Origin: a virus
Taxonomy: Duplodnaviria > Caudoviricetes
Strand: one strand, 5' to 3'
Virus record (IMG/VR): IMGVR_UViG_3300026094_000002
DNA: 64,000 bases
The position numbers and the translations under genes are program-made. The notes under the pieces are model-generated. The model did no database searches, had not been told where the DNA came from, and was given only the letters and a program-made list of their open reading frames with translations. Below are positions 1 to 14,800 of the stretch, one piece after another; the first letter of the stretch is position 1; each line of letters begins with the position of its first letter.

Positions 1-1
1 G

Positions 2-2869
2 TTGTTGGGAATACGTACTGATGAATATACTGTTAATTTAGCACCGGGACTACTGCCAGTGTTTCCGTTCAATGCTTCAGTTAATGGTGTTGATACCTCG
101 TTTGAGGCGATTTCCGCAACAAGCGTAGATGAAAACAGAATTTATGAGCCAATGCCCCGGGCAAATGGACAATTCAACCTTTTGTTCAGAAATGATGGAT
201 TGGGGTTTGCATCTAATAATACTGGCTACTTTTTATATTTTAAACAAGGAACTCTGCGTTTTCAAGATTTTCGCGTAACAGAAAAGGTGCCCAATAGACA
301 GATAGAAATTGATGTACGTGGAATTAATAATGAAGATGTTTGGTTAAACCAACTTGACTCCAACGGAAGGTTACAGCGTGAGTGGGAACAAGTTGAAAAT
401 ATATATTCCAGTCGTGCACAGCGTGGACCTAATGACAGATATTACTATTCAGTAAGCAGTCGTGCAAATGACCAAATTACACTTAACTTTGGTGATGGTG
501 TATTCTCGGAAATGCCTCTGGGATTTTTCCGCACGATATTGCGTGTAAACAATGGTCTTGATTATGTTATTAGTACAGAGGATTTACAATCAGTAACAAT
601 ACCAATTTCGTATGTTAGCCGTACTGGTCGTAATGAGACGCTAACTCTTACACTTGCACTTGAAACCCCGGTGAGTAATGCCAGAGCAAGAGAAACACTT
701 GATGAAATAAAGCAACGTGCTCCGGCTCGTTTTTATACACAGAACAGAATGGTAAATGGTGAAGATTACAATGTTTTTCCATTTACTCGATTTGGTAGCA
801 TAATAAAAAGCAAAGCAGTAAATCGGAGCAGCATAGGAACTAATCGGTATCTTGATTTGCTTGATGTCACAGGGAAGTATTCTAGTACAAACATATTTGC
901 CAGTGATGGTGCTCTTTACCGGGAACAAGGTCGTCCAAGCCTTACATTTACTTGGAACACTGTTAATGATATTGCTGATGTTATTGTAAATCGTGTTGAG
1001 CCATTGGTTTCTAGAAGATCTACAATACAATTTTATCACGATCAATTTCCGCGTCCTAATATTGCAGTGCAAGAGTTAGAGTGGAATCTTTCAACTACAA
1101 TAATAAATCAATCAACGGGATTTTTCTATTCTGAAAATATTAATCAGCCGCAAAATGTCGCTGGTTTCACCAGTAGTACACGGCGTTATATTGAGCCGGG
1201 TGCATTATTAAAGTTTGAGGCACCAACTGGATATTATTTCAACAGAGATAATCAATTAGAACTTGGTGTTCCAATAAGAAGCGATGAAAAGTCGTTTATT
1301 TGGGCAACACCGGTTGAGGTAATTGAGGATGGTGCCAACTTTGGGACAGGTAATCTTCCAGATGGCACTGGTCCAATTACGCTAAACGAAAGAATTCCAT
1401 CTGGTGCTATTATAACTGAAATAATACCAAAATTTGTTGTTGATTTTCCAGTTGATTTAGAGCAAAAAATTGTTGAACAAGTAAGACTTTTCCGTAATTT
1501 TGGCTTGGGATATGATAACAACGACAGAGAGTGGTATATCATTACCAGTAGCAATTTAGATGAAGATGCAGAGTTTAGCGTTGATAATGCAAAGTCAACT
1601 GATGGTGTTAATTCAGATGCATCTTGGTTGGTACAATTTACTGCAGATGGACAAATTTATACCGTAAAAAGTCGCTCGTTAGAATATTACTTTGCTTCTG
1701 TTCTTGAAACTCGGTTTTATTATAATGAAAATGAAACTGTTTTTGATACAAAAAATGGCACAGTGATTAATGACTTTATTAATGTATTAAAGACCAACAG
1801 CCAGCCTGATAGCCCACAACCACTTGCATTTGATAATAAGTTAGACATTATTGGGCAGCCGCAACAAAGTGATGGTTTTGTTAATGATTTTAGTGTTCTT
1901 GTCAGTTATGCAGACTCAGATTCTGATGGTATAGCAGACGATCCTGATTTCTTCCGGGAAGTTGTAAATCCAACACGAGCCCCTAACCAAAAGCTTGTTT
2001 TTCTACAAAGAATACTCGATTTTGACGATTTAGAAAGGTTACAACTGGTATCAAGTGATACTATAAACACTACCTATGCCACAAAAGATGATCTACTTGA
2101 AAATCGCCGTCGGTTAGTTAATGGACAAATTTTTTATACCACGTCAGAAAACCAATTTTGGGAATTTACAAGAACAGTAAATGGCGGTGAATTTACAGAA
2201 CGTAATGATTTCGTTGCACGAACTGGTCGTCAGGATATTGATTTCCAATACCGACATAATTCTCCAAATAGCCGCCGCATTGATCCCGGTAGCACAAATA
2301 TTATTGATTTGTATGTTATAACAAGCAGTTATAATACAGCATACAGACAATATATCAATGATAGCACTGGGCGTGTATCTGAGCCATTGCCGCCAACAAT
2401 TGAGCAGTTATCTCAAGATTATAGTGAATTACAAGATTTTAAAATGATATCAGACAATGTCATATTAAACAGTGCAAAATTTAAAGCACTATTCGGCGAC
2501 AAGGCTGATCCTGAACTACAGGCAACAATTAAGGTAGTTAAACAACGCAATTCCGTCGCAACTGATAGCGAAGTTAAAAGTAGGATTATTTCTGAAATGA
2601 ATAATTACTTTAGATTAGAAAATTGGGATTTTGGTGATACATTTTATTTTTCGGAATTGAGTGCATATCTTCATCAAGAATTAGGTGATTTAGCGTCAAG
2701 TATTGTACTTGTTCCGCTTGATCTTAATAAACGATTTGGTGACCTTTATGAAGTTCGCTCACAACCAGATGAAATTTTCGTAAATGCTGCAACTGTAAAT
2801 GATGTAGAAGTAGTAGATTCTCTTACATCATCCACTTTAAGAGTTTCACCAACAACAACACAAATTTAA
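2..2869 (+). CDS. Baseplate wedge subunit (T4 gp6-like), 5'-truncated by the window edge
   Basis: 955-aa ORF open from the window start; ETLDEIKQRAPARFYTQNRMVNGEDY resembles the gp6/baseplate-J motif; C-terminal YFRLENWDFGDTFYFSEL; sits in a structural cluster. Confidence 0.75.
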   Translation: MLGIRTDEYTVNLAPGLLPVFPFNASVNGVDTSFEAISATSVDENRIYEPMPRANGQFNLLFRNDGLGFASNNTGYFLYFKQGTLRFQDFRVTEKVPNRQIEIDVRGINNEDVWLNQLDSNGRLQREWEQVENIYSSRAQRGPNDRYYYSVSSRANDQITLNFGDGVFSEMPLGFFRTILRVNNGLDYVISTEDLQSVTIPISYVSRTGRNETLTLTLALETPVSNARARETLDEIKQRAPARFYTQNRMVNGEDYNVFPFTRFGSIIKSKAVNRSSIGTNRYLDLLDVTGKYSSTNIFASDGALYREQGRPSLTFTWNTVNDIADVIVNRVEPLVSRRSTIQFYHDQFPRPNIAVQELEWNLSTTIINQSTGFFYSENINQPQNVAGFTSSTRRYIEPGALLKFEAPTGYYFNRDNQLELGVPIRSDEKSFIWATPVEVIEDGANFGTGNLPDGTGPITLNERIPSGAIITEIIPKFVVDFPVDLEQKIVEQVRLFRNFGLGYDNNDREWYIITSSNLDEDAEFSVDNAKSTDGVNSDASWLVQFTADGQIYTVKSRSLEYYFASVLETRFYYNENETVFDTKNGTVINDFINVLKTNSQPDSPQPLAFDNKLDIIGQPQQSDGFVNDFSVLVSYADSDSDGIADDPDFFREVVNPTRAPNQKLVFLQRILDFDDLERLQLVSSDTINTTYATKDDLLENRRRLVNGQIFYTTSENQFWEFTRTVNGGEFTERNDFVARTGRQDIDFQYRHNSPNSRRIDPGSTNIIDLYVITSSYNTAYRQYINDSTGRVSEPLPPTIEQLSQDYSELQDFKMISDNVILNSAKFKALFGDKADPELQATIKVVKQRNSVATDSEVKSRIISEMNNYFRLENWDFGDTFYFSELSAYLHQELGDLASSIVLVPLDLNKRFGDLYEVRSQPDEIFVNAATVNDVEVVDSLTSSTLRVSPTTTQI

Positions 2870-2870
2870 T

Positions 2871-5800
2871 ATGGCACAATTAACAAGAACAATTGATTTA
2901 TTACCTGAGATTTTTCGGACTGAGCCAAACCGAAAATTTTTGTCATCAACCCTTGACCAGTTAACTCGCAATCCAGAGTTTGAGCGTGTTCAGGGATTTA
3001 TTGGCAGAGTTAGTACGCCCGGGTATAATACATCAGACAATTATGTTGATGAACTAACCGCAGAGCGAACCAATTATCAACTTGAGCCGGGAGTAGTCTT
3101 TACAGATGAGGACTCAAGCAATGCAGAAGATGCCATCACTTACCCGGGAATGCTTGATGCTCTATCCAATAACGGTGCCGATGTATCACGCCACGACCGA
3201 CTTTTTAAGGCTGAATATTCTGCGTGGGACCCGTTCATTGATTTTGACAAATTCAGCAACTTTAATCGGTATTACTGGTTACCTGCTGGGCCAGATTCCG
3301 TAGATGTTTCTGCTACGGAAATTCCATTTACTGATAGTTTTGATGTCTCTCGCCAAGAGTCAAGTTATCAACTAGAAGGGTTGGCAGGTAACAACCCAAT
3401 TATTACGCTTGTTCGTGGTGGCAGTTATACATTTGAATTAAATCAGCCGGGAAACCCCTTTTGGATACAAACTGAACCCGGCACTTCTGGAACATTAGAT
3501 GGTGCTACTAACCGATCTTCGCGTAATGTTTTGGGTGTTGTTAATAATGGTTCAGATACTGGTACTATCACATTCAATGTTCCTGATCGTAACGAACAAA
3601 GTTTCTTTTACAATTTACAAAGTGTCGGAACAGTTGATTTAATAACAGATATTGGTTTTGATGAAATTAATAACCGCTATGTTGATGAATTTATTGACGA
3701 ATATGGTGGTATTGATGGGGTAACTGATTTCAATGGTAAGTCAGTAGTAATAACACAACCAACTGATAGCAATTCTTGGAATCAAACTACATTTTTTGAC
3801 CCTCTTGAAGAAGCAACCGAAAATAACGGCGAGATTGGATCATTTGACACGCAATCGTGGGACCAGACATCTCCTATAACAAATATTTCAGAAACCAGAA
3901 GTATTTGGAGAATTTCGGTAATAGAAGGCAATGATGGAAGATCTTATCTGTCATTAACTGCTGTTCAAGAAGTGCCTAAATTAAGCAAATTCACCGTTGA
4001 GTTTGGAGAGCAAAACGCCAACAGAAGTTTCTACCGAGATTCTGGGAATGAATTTGAAGAAATACCGCTACTTTCAGCAATAAAAGATACATTATATTAT
4101 CAAGATCAAAACAATCCAGATTTGTTTGGTCGTATACTATTGGTTGGGCAAGAGCAAAGAGGGTTGCTCGATGTCAATGATATTATTGGCAGAAAAGAAT
4201 ATACAAGTCCAAATGGCGTTGAATTTACAAATGGATTAAAAGTACAATTCCGGGGATTAGTAGTACCTGAATCATTTGCCGATAACCAGTATTATGTTGA
4301 AGGCGTTGGAACATCAATTATGTTGCTTCCAGTTGAAGATTTTATCACCCCGGAAACATACACCGATAGCGAAGCAATACGATTTGACCAATTTCCTTTT
4401 GATATTGGTAATTTTGAAGAGTCTCTTAACCAACCACAACAACCAGATTATCTGACAATCAATAGAGCAAGTCCTGATTCAAATCCGTGGACCCGCTCAA
4501 ATCGTTGGTTTCACGAGGATGTTATACGAGAAACCGCAAGATACAATAATACAAATCCAGCGATTAATAATAACCAAAAAGCCCGACGACCAATTTTAGA
4601 GTTTAGATTGGGACTGCGTCTGTTTAATTTTGGCACAAAAAACTTAGACACAGTTGATGTTATTGATTTCTCTCAAACTGATGCATTTACTAATGTGAAT
4701 GGGTCTGGTGGTTACAGTATAGACGGTGTTTCTCTGCTTGATGGAACACGGATTATTTTTGCAAATGATAATGATCGTCGTGTTAGAGACAAAATTTATG
4801 AAGTATCTTTGAGAGACCCCAATGATGATGGCGATCAGCAAGTTCTTTTAAATGAAGCAACATCAACAATTGATATTGATGATAATATAATCGTCAAGAG
4901 TGGTGCTCGCAACCAAGGAAAAAGTTTCCGATATGATGGTGATTCGTGGGTACCTGCACAACAAAAAGAAAGCATAAATCAAGCACCGCTATTTGATGTA
5001 TTTGATGAAAATGGTAATAGTTTCGGCAATCAAGAAATATATCCCGGAAGTAACTTTTCAGGGTCAAAACTTTTTTCATATGCTGTTGGAACTGGTCCCG
5101 AAGATGATATACTAGAATTCCCACTTGAATTTTTAACTATTAACAATGTAGGTGACATAGTATTCAATAACAATTTTTATACTGATACTTTTACGGCTGT
5201 AGATGGTCGTACAAGCAAAACTGTTAATGTTAAATCCGGCTATGTTCGGGAATATGACCAAACCGGTGATTATCAAAGACGCATTGGCTGGCAAAAAGCA
5301 GTCGCACCTGCTCAACAAAAACAAGTATTCCGATATGCATACCAAACAGGCAGAGATTTATCATTAGATATTCCAGTTAAACAAGACACTGACATCCCCG
5401 CAGTAAAAATTACAGCAGATTCTGAGTTTGTATCACCATCACAGTATGAGATAACAGTTAATTCTAATAATACTCTTATAAAATTTTTAGAACAACCAGA
5501 ACCCGGCACAATAATTGAAGTACGGGCATTATCAGACAAAGCATCTAGTGTTGGATTTTATGAAATTCCTGCTAACTTGGAAAGAAATTCATTTAATGAA
5601 GAATCAGCCAATGTCACATTGGGAACTATAAGAAATCATTATCAAACACTTGTACAAAATATTCCTGAACTTCGTGGTCAAATTAATGGATCAAATAACA
5701 GCCGTGATTTAGGAAACATTGTTCCTTTTGGAACAGACATTATACAGCATAGCAGTTCAATGTTACCAACTGGCGGCGTCTTGCGTTCCGGTAGAGTTGA

Positions 5801-8800
5801 GTTTTTTGATGCATTAGAGTTCAACGCTCGTGCTTATGAAACCTATAAAACACGGATTATTGATCTTGTAACAAGACAAGATTTTGGTAATGCCCCGGCT
5901 CGCAGAATACTTGATCAAGTCGTTGCACGAATTTCTTCTGAAAAGAGTGAAAACAGTGCATTTTACTGGAGTGATATGCTACCAAGTGGTCTTGATTTTG
6001 TTGATAGCGAAACCGTTGTAAGAGAAGTGACCGGACAGGATTTTGATACGGTATATTCGTATGATTTTAATAATGCCAACCGTCAAAGTTTAATGGTATA
6101 TCTTAATGATAAGATTCTTTTAAAAGACGATGATTATGAAGTATCAACAGATTCGCCTTCTATAACAATTAAACAAGATTTGACAGTTGGTGATCGCGTT
6201 CTTATACGCGAGTATACAAAAACAAATGCAAGTTTTGTACCTAACACACCAACTAAAATAGGTCTATATCCTGCATACAAACCGGCTAAGTTTGTTGATG
6301 ATACATTTGTAGAGCCAGTCAATGTGTTACGTGGACACGATGGATCAATCACGGTAGCATATGACGATATCAGGGATGATGTAATATTAGAGTTTGAAAG
6401 CAGAGTTTATAACAATCTTAAAGTATCTTCAGAGATACCAATTAACGAGGCTGATATCATACCCGGAAAATTTAGAAAAACCGATTATGATTTAGAAACA
6501 ATAAACAATATATTATCAACAGAATTTTTAACGTGGTCTGGGCTGAATCGTTTGGACTATCGCAATCAGACTTATATTGCTGATAACGACTTTACATACA
6601 ATTATTCTACCGCCAATGATGTTGTTGATGGAGAAGCCCTCCTTGGACACTGGAGAGGGATTTACGAGTATTTTTATGATACTGACAGCCCACATTCTCG
6701 TCCTTGGGAAATGCTTGGTTTAACAACAAAGCCGACGTGGTGGGAAAGCACATATGGCCCTGCACCATATACAGAAAACAACTTAATTTTATGGCAAGAT
6801 ATCGCAGATGGTAAAGTTCGTGATCCTTCTGGAGAATATATTAATGAGTCTAGAGTTCGCCGTGGGCTTCTTGATGTAATACCAGTTGATGGGCACGGAA
6901 ATCTTAAATCGCCATTGGATAATGTAGTAAACAATTATAATTTCCAAGACTTTAGAAAAAAATGGGTATTTGGTGATGGTGCTCCAGTAGAAACTGCGTG
7001 GAGAAGAAGTAGCACGTATCCTTTTGTTATACAAAGGCTTATTGCATTGACTCGCCCAGCGAAATATTTTGCTACTGGCATTGATCGTGATCGTTATCAA
7101 TTTAATTCTGAGTTTGAACAGTATCTTTTTGATTCTCGTTCACGTCTTGATATTACAGATTTAAACAGTTATGGACAGGGCAACCCACAAAATAGTTACT
7201 TTAACTGGGTTTCTGACTACGAAAAACAATTAGGTAACGTTGATCAAGATTGCGTGAATGATTGCTTTTCAAACATTGATGTTAGACTTTGTTATCGCTT
7301 AGCCGGATTCTCAGACAAACAGTATCTCAGACTTTTTGCCGAGAACTTTACGCCTGATACACAAAACAGCAGTTTGTTGGTACCACAGGAAAGTTATCAA
7401 TTATTACTGTATCAAAATGAACCTGATGCAAGAATATCTTTTAGTTCGGTGATTGTACAGGTCAGTGACAATGGTTGGACAGTTTGGGGTAACAGTTCTG
7501 CCCGACCATATTTTGAAATTACCCAAAGCATACCAAATGGCAACTTTAACACAATTACTGTTGATGATGTGTCTGTAAGATATGCACGAGACTTTGATAA
7601 CGAAATCACACGTGTTCCATATGGATATACATTTAGAAGCCGAGACGCAGTTGTTGACTTTTTGATCAGTTATGGACGGCAACTTGAGTCAAGAGGTATG
7701 CAATTCAATACAAGAAGCAATGGAATTGGTATTGATTGGGGACAAATAGCAAGGGAGTTTTTAAACTGGAGTCAACAGGGTTGGGGCATTGGTAATATTA
7801 TTAACCTAAACCCAGCCGCTGAAAACATTTTGGTTAATAGAGCAGCCGGGCTGCTTGAAGATGTTTCCAGTGATCCACGGGTACTGCTAAACCAAAACAG
7901 AAACCCAATAAAATCTAACAATTATAATGTTGATCGTAGTGGTGACTTAACGGAAATATCGGTTTTATCTGAAGAACTTATTGGGCTGGCAGAACTTAAT
8001 TTTGTCAATTATGAACATTTATTGATTTTGGATAACTCAAGTATATTTGCTGATTTGTTTTATGATCCAGCATCAGGAAACAGACAAAATAGATTGCTCC
8101 TCTCTGGATCTAAAACTACAAACTGGGCAGGTCGCCCAGATGCCCCGGGCTTTCTTATATCTGATCCCGATATTCCAGATTGGTCACCAAACAATAGATA
8201 TGCCCGTGGCGAAATAGTTAGGTTTAAAAATCAACTGTGGAGTGCGAAAGAGTTAATAGAACCATCTGAAGAGTTTGATTACAATGATTGGTTGCCAAGT
8301 GATTTTGATGATACCCGACAAGGTCTTTTGCCGAATATAGCGACAAAAGCAGACGATGCACTTGATTATTATAATAAAAACTCTGCGAATCTTAACAAAG
8401 ATTCTGATTTGCTGGGACTTGGTATAATAGGATTCCGTCCACGTGATTATCTTGAGAATCTCAACTTAGATGATATAACACAAACCAATCTTTATAGTAA
8501 TTTCATTGCAACTAAAGGCACTTTGCCCACAACTCAATTATTATCTACTGCTGATTTTGCAAAAGAAAGAGCAGATTATGGTGTGTTTGAAAACTGGGCC
8601 GTAAAACAAGGCACTTATGGTGCTAATGGCAATCGTTCATATTTTGAAATATCACTAAACCAAGAAGAATTACAAGCCAATCCTTCTACTATATCAATTG
8701 TTGAGAACAATGATGATGTAGCCGCAGATCAGGCAGTCCGCGTAGAAAGACTTTATAAAGAAAGCGTAAGATTTTCAAACAGTAATATTTTACCAGAACT

Positions 8801-11800
8801 GACAAGATCTCGACCAGACACAGATCTGCCAAGTGCTGGGTTTGTAAATCGTGATGATGTAGATTTTCAAGTCTTTTCATTTGAAGATATAGAGTCTGAA
8901 ATATCATTTGATGAAATTGGACCCGGTAACACTGTTTGGGTTGCAAAAGATTCTGAGTTTGACTGGAATGTGTATTATGTAGGAAAGTTAAATGCACGTA
9001 TCATTCAACTTGATGACAATCTTAATGGACAATCACGAGTTACATTTTCTGCATTTCACGGATTGGTTCCCGGAGATAAAATTATAATAAAATCTTTCTC
9101 CACGGGTATTAATGGTTACTATGAAATAGAAGGTGTTCCAACTCTTGAGACGGCGTTAATTTCGTTTAGTTTCTCATCAAACCAGACACAGGAAACTGGC
9201 AATGGCATTGTTCTGACGTTTGAATCTGCAAGAGTTGAACAGCCAAGCGATATTGCAAATCTTAGTTTTTCAACCTCTTTGCGTCCCGGTGACCGTGCGT
9301 GGGTTAATAATAGTGGCGATGGCACGTGGCAAGTATTAGAAAAACAAGAACCATTTAAGTCAAACACAAAGTTAGTGCCAGAAATTGAAACAGACCAATA
9401 TGGGACAGCAATTGCACAAGGTTTTGACAATGTTGGCGTTCTGGTAGGGTCTCCAGATGGTGGCATTGACAATAGAGGACAAGTTTTTGCTTATATTCTA
9501 AATCGTGATGGTTCATATAATTCAGTTGCTCCATTATCTCTTCGTACCCCTGAGATAAAAGGGTATGGGCGGTCAATTGCCGCTGGCAACTCTAACTGGG
9601 CTATTGTAGGGGCACCAGATTCTGATGTAAACAAAGGTTATGCCGCTGCAATCTTTAAAGAAAGTTCTGCTGATCCGACTTTCCAACAAACGCAATTACT
9701 GTTAGATCCTAATAGCGACGAAGGCGACAGATTCGGCGACTCAGTTGCAATCAGCGACGATGAGCGTTGGGCGTATGTTGCTTCTCCGGGTGCAAGCCGA
9801 GTTTATGCATATGCACGAGTTGATCGGGAATCACAATTTGTCACGCACGTTGGTGACGGATCAACAACCGAATTTAGTTATGATGGAGAAATTTCTATTG
9901 GTCCAGATAACAGTGGAGATGAACTTTCAGTTATTGTCAACAACACCGTATTCTCCAGAACGGGCGGTGATTATGTAGTTAATACAACAGAAAATCTTAT
10001 TAGCTTTGCGGCTGCACCAAGTTCTGGCGAAACAATTGTAATTATAAGAAAAGAACAAATTTCATTAACATATAACAGCATTGGAAATGGCGTCAAAACC
10101 GACTTTAATATTGCTGTTATTGGAACACCAGATCCCGCTGATTTGCGTGTTTTTGTTGATAATACAGAACAAACAATTACTACCGATTATACAATAATTG
10201 GACAAACACTAAGTTTTAATACGGCACCCGATAATGATAGTACTATAACAGTCTATAATCCATCTCTTGACCAACTTATTGGTGTTAATGATTATACTGA
10301 TAGTTTCTCTGTGTTAAGAGATGGTGTTATTCTCCGTGCCGAAGTTGATTACACTTTTGATAGTAATACCAATACTATTTCATTTACAAACGGTGATTCT
10401 GACATTATTGACTCTGAGATACTAATAAGAGCACGGTCACATTTTAAACACGTTAATACTATTGAAATACCAGAGCAAACCAAGTCTTATATTTCACACG
10501 ATGATACAGTAATAACATTGGATAGTATTTCCGGTATTGAGCCACAAATGATTTTGATTGGTACTGGGTTTAATTCTGGACAATATGTTGAATCAATTGA
10601 TATAGAAAACAACCAAGTCACGCTTAATGAGTCACCAGACTCAACACCATCAGGAAATATACAGTTTAAATTAGAAAACTTTGGATCAAGCCTTGATACT
10701 ACCACAGATGGCAGACAAGTAGCAATTGGTTGTATTGGTAATGAAAAAACACCCGGACAGACTTTTGTTTTTGATAGAACAGTTGAGCGGTTTGAAATAG
10801 ATGATAAAACACAAGACGTATATACGCCACGGCGTGATACAAGTATTTCAAATACATCTGTTGTTCCAGTAAAAATCAATCAAAGATTTTTGACACCCGG
10901 AGAGATAAACTCCGTGCCGCAATTCAATTTAGGAAAAGAATATTCAGTGTTGTCAAATGCAGAAGTCAATGTCTTAGATGCTGATTTTGAACTTGGTGAT
11001 ATATTAGAAATAGAAACCGCTGAATTTTCAAAATTACAAACTTTAACTGCTGAAACCCCACAGTCAGGATCAGAATTTGGATTTAGCCTAAGCCAGTGTC
11101 CAACAAATTGTAGTTTATATATTGGGTCACCCGGGGATAGTCGTCAGGTTAATAATGGCGGATCTGCTGAGAGATTTGTAAACGAGCCAAGAATTTATGG
11201 CATAGCAACATCATCTAACTCAGACGCAGAATTGACTTCAGGAGACACGGTAAGAATCAATAACGTTGATGTAGAAGTTTCTGCTATAGATTCACACGTA
11301 GTTGCAGCAACGTATAACTCTGGAGATTTCCGCAAATCTAATGGAGAGGTATATCGTGCTGTACAAGATGTTCCGGCTGGAATATTATTGACTAATACAG
11401 ATTACTGGGAAGAGTCTTCTTGGTCTGAAGTATTTGTTAAAGACATAAATGACGCAAACATTTCAAATGTTAAAGCCACACTTGATACTCGTGGAAAAAT
11501 TGTTATAAGTGCTGTTGAGCCCAAAGCACAGACTGAATTCAATAAATTACAGATTTTGCCGGGCATTGGCACTGCGTTTACAGACCTTGGCTTTGACCCT
11601 ATACAACGAACACAAACAATATTACCACCTCGCATTCAAACAAGTGCCAGATTTGGGCACGTTGTACAAATTGACACCGAGGCTGATAACTTAGTAATAG
11701 GATCTCCCGGTGCACGATTGGTTATACCAAGTACGTGGCAGACGGAATCAGAGTTAGAGTTTGATAGTGGAGCAACGACTTTCTTTGATTCAGTTTCTGA

Positions 11801-14800
11801 AGCAGGGACTGTTTACACATTTGACTTCTTGCCAAGTTCTGTAAGTTCACCACGAAACCCCGGAAAGTTTGTTTTCGGTCAACAAGTTTTTGTTAGCGAA
11901 ATCTCTACTGGAGACAAATTTGGCACAGATGTTGATTATGTTAATGGTCGATTATTAGTTGGTGCACCAGATCGTGAATCAGGTGCTGTTTTTGCATTTA
12001 ATAATCTTGATCTTGACCCTGCGTGGCAACCAATTCACGAACAGGCAGTAGAAGTAGATAGCAAACTTATTAATACAATTTATGTTTATGATGCCGATGA
12101 CAGAAGAGTACTAAGATATCTGGACTGGATTGATCCTCTCCAAGGAAAAATACTTGGTGCTGCAAAAGAGAATATTGACTTTATCACCCCGGTTGACCCA
12201 GCAGGATACAATCAAGGAAATAATATTTCTGATTTCAATGTATGGCGTGATGAACATGTTGGACAAATTTGGTGGGATGTTACAAATTATAGGTTGACTG
12301 AGTATCACTCTGATGATATCACCTATTCAAGTAGGCGTTGGGCACAGGGGGTCACAGGAAGTCAAGTTGACGTTTACCAGTGGATTGAAAGCACTGTACC
12401 ACCTTCACAATATCAAGGTCCGGGCACACCCAAGGATAACGACTCATTCACAATAATTGGTGGTGTAGTTGATAATCAAATAATTGCTAATCGTTATTAT
12501 TTCTGGGTATCAAATACCGATTCAGTTATTGAGTCAGCAGGAAAAACGCTTGGGATAAATGCGATACAACAATATATTGAGTCCCCTCGTTCAAGCGGCA
12601 TTTCTTATATCGCTCCGATTTCCAGAAATACGTTGGGACTATTCAATTGTACTGATTTAATAAATCGTGCAGATAGCATCTTACACGTAGAATTTGATCA
12701 AATTGAAACGGATAATCAAGTACACGTAGAATATGAACTAATACCCGAGAATCGTGCTGATGGATTCATTACCGGGCAATTATATAGAAAACTTTTAGAT
12801 AGTTTGAGTGGGGCAGACACCGAGGGCAATTTGGTACCTGATGTCCAACTTCCGCCCTCTGAATTATATGGTGTTGACTTTAGACCGCGACAAAGTATGT
12901 TCCGGGATAGAGAAGCAGCATTACAAAACTATCTGAGTCAAGTCAATAATGTTCTCATAGAATACCCTGTTGTTGAATCTCGCGACTTTACTATTCTAAA
13001 TTCGGAAGACCCGATTCCCGAAGCGAATAGTGGTGAATGGAACAAAAAAGTTGAAACAACTTTAGAACTTGAATTCCAAAACTTGGACATAGTTCCAATA
13101 GGTTATCGTTATCTTGTGTTGAGTGATGACAGTGTTGATGGTTTGTGGTCAATTTATGAGGTTGACGAAAATCGCTCACTTAACCAAATAAGAATTCAAA
13201 CATTTGACACCAAACAGTATTGGAATTTTGTTGATTGGTATGCAAATGGATATTCAGATCAAACGATTTTAGACAGAACTGTAAAAACAAAACCAGATCT
13301 TTTTGCACTTGATGCAATTGATGGAGAGTTGGTACGAGTTGATAACGATGGAACAGGTCAATGGGAAATATATGTTCGGGAAAATGATTCTTGGAACCGA
13401 GTTGCAGCACAATCAGCAACAATACAGATTGATCTAACTATAGCAGATAACTCTGCTGGTAGATTTGGTTTTGATAATGAAGTCTTTGACGCTCAATTTT
13501 TTGATGAAAGACCTGTCAGAGAAACACGTCAAATTGTTGAAGCCATCAATGACGATCTATTAATCAATGATCTTGGTGTTGAAAGAAACCGTGCTTTGAT
13601 ACTACTGTTTAATTACATTTTATCAGAACAAATTACACCAGAGTGGTTAGAAAAAACCAGCCTTGTTGATGTTGATCATACAGTACGGTCCTTAGAACCA
13701 TTCCGTGTTTATCAACAAGATAATCAAACATTTGTTTCTGATTATATTAATGAAGTCAAACCATATCACGTTAAAATCAGACAGTTCAATCTAAAATATC
13801 AGGGTGAAGAATTATATCGTGGCGATATAACTGACTTTGATTTGCCAGCCGAGTGGAATCCAGAGAATAATCAATTTATTAGTCCTGTTCTGGATGACAC
13901 TGGCAGATTAAGCACCACAAGCAGCATTGATTCAGAATCTGAAGAATGGAATGATGGGAAATATTCAGAATGGTTTAATAACCGCTTTTTAGAAATTGAA
14001 TCAATATCCGTGTTCTCAGGTGGCACTGGGTACTCTGTTCCACCTGAGGTAATTATTACTGGTGATGCAGAAGTAGAAGCCAAAGCAAGAGCAAGACTAA
14101 ACGTATTAGGAGAGGTATCAAGTGTAGAAATACTTGAATCTGGTTCCGGTTATACAACAACACCATCAATCAATATAGTTGGTGGTAATGGTAGTGGTGC
14201 TCGTGTGGTTCCAATTATGAAAACACTGGGACCAAGAAACGGACTTATCACATTAAAATATGACAGATATGATTATACTCCAAACGTATCAGACTGGCAA
14301 CCAAATGTATTCTATGCTGCTGACGATTTAGTCAGATATGAAAACGAAGTATATCGTGTAGTAGAAACCAACGATAGTAGTATTTTGTTTTCTGGTGATG
14401 AGTTTGTACTTGAAAATTATGAGAGAGTATCAGCCAGTGAGTTAAGTGGGTTAGATAGAACCGCAGGTTATTATGTCCCTGCCCCGCGAACAACAGGAGA
14501 TGATATCTCCTTGTTAGTGGATGGTATAAGTTATCCCGGTGTTCAAGTATCTGCACCTGATTTCAACCAAAACACGGGTTACGATATATCTGCATTTGAT
14601 GTAACACCGTTTGATAACATTGATGTTGGACCAGAAAATGATATTTCGGTTGAATATACAGCAGATGGTTCAACTACAGTATATGAACTTGGATATCCAG
14701 ATGATGGTTTACCTACAAATATTGAGGAAGTATCTGTTTTTGTAGATGGAGTTGAGCAAGAACAAGAGGATGATTTTACTTTCAACCCCAGTATTATTAC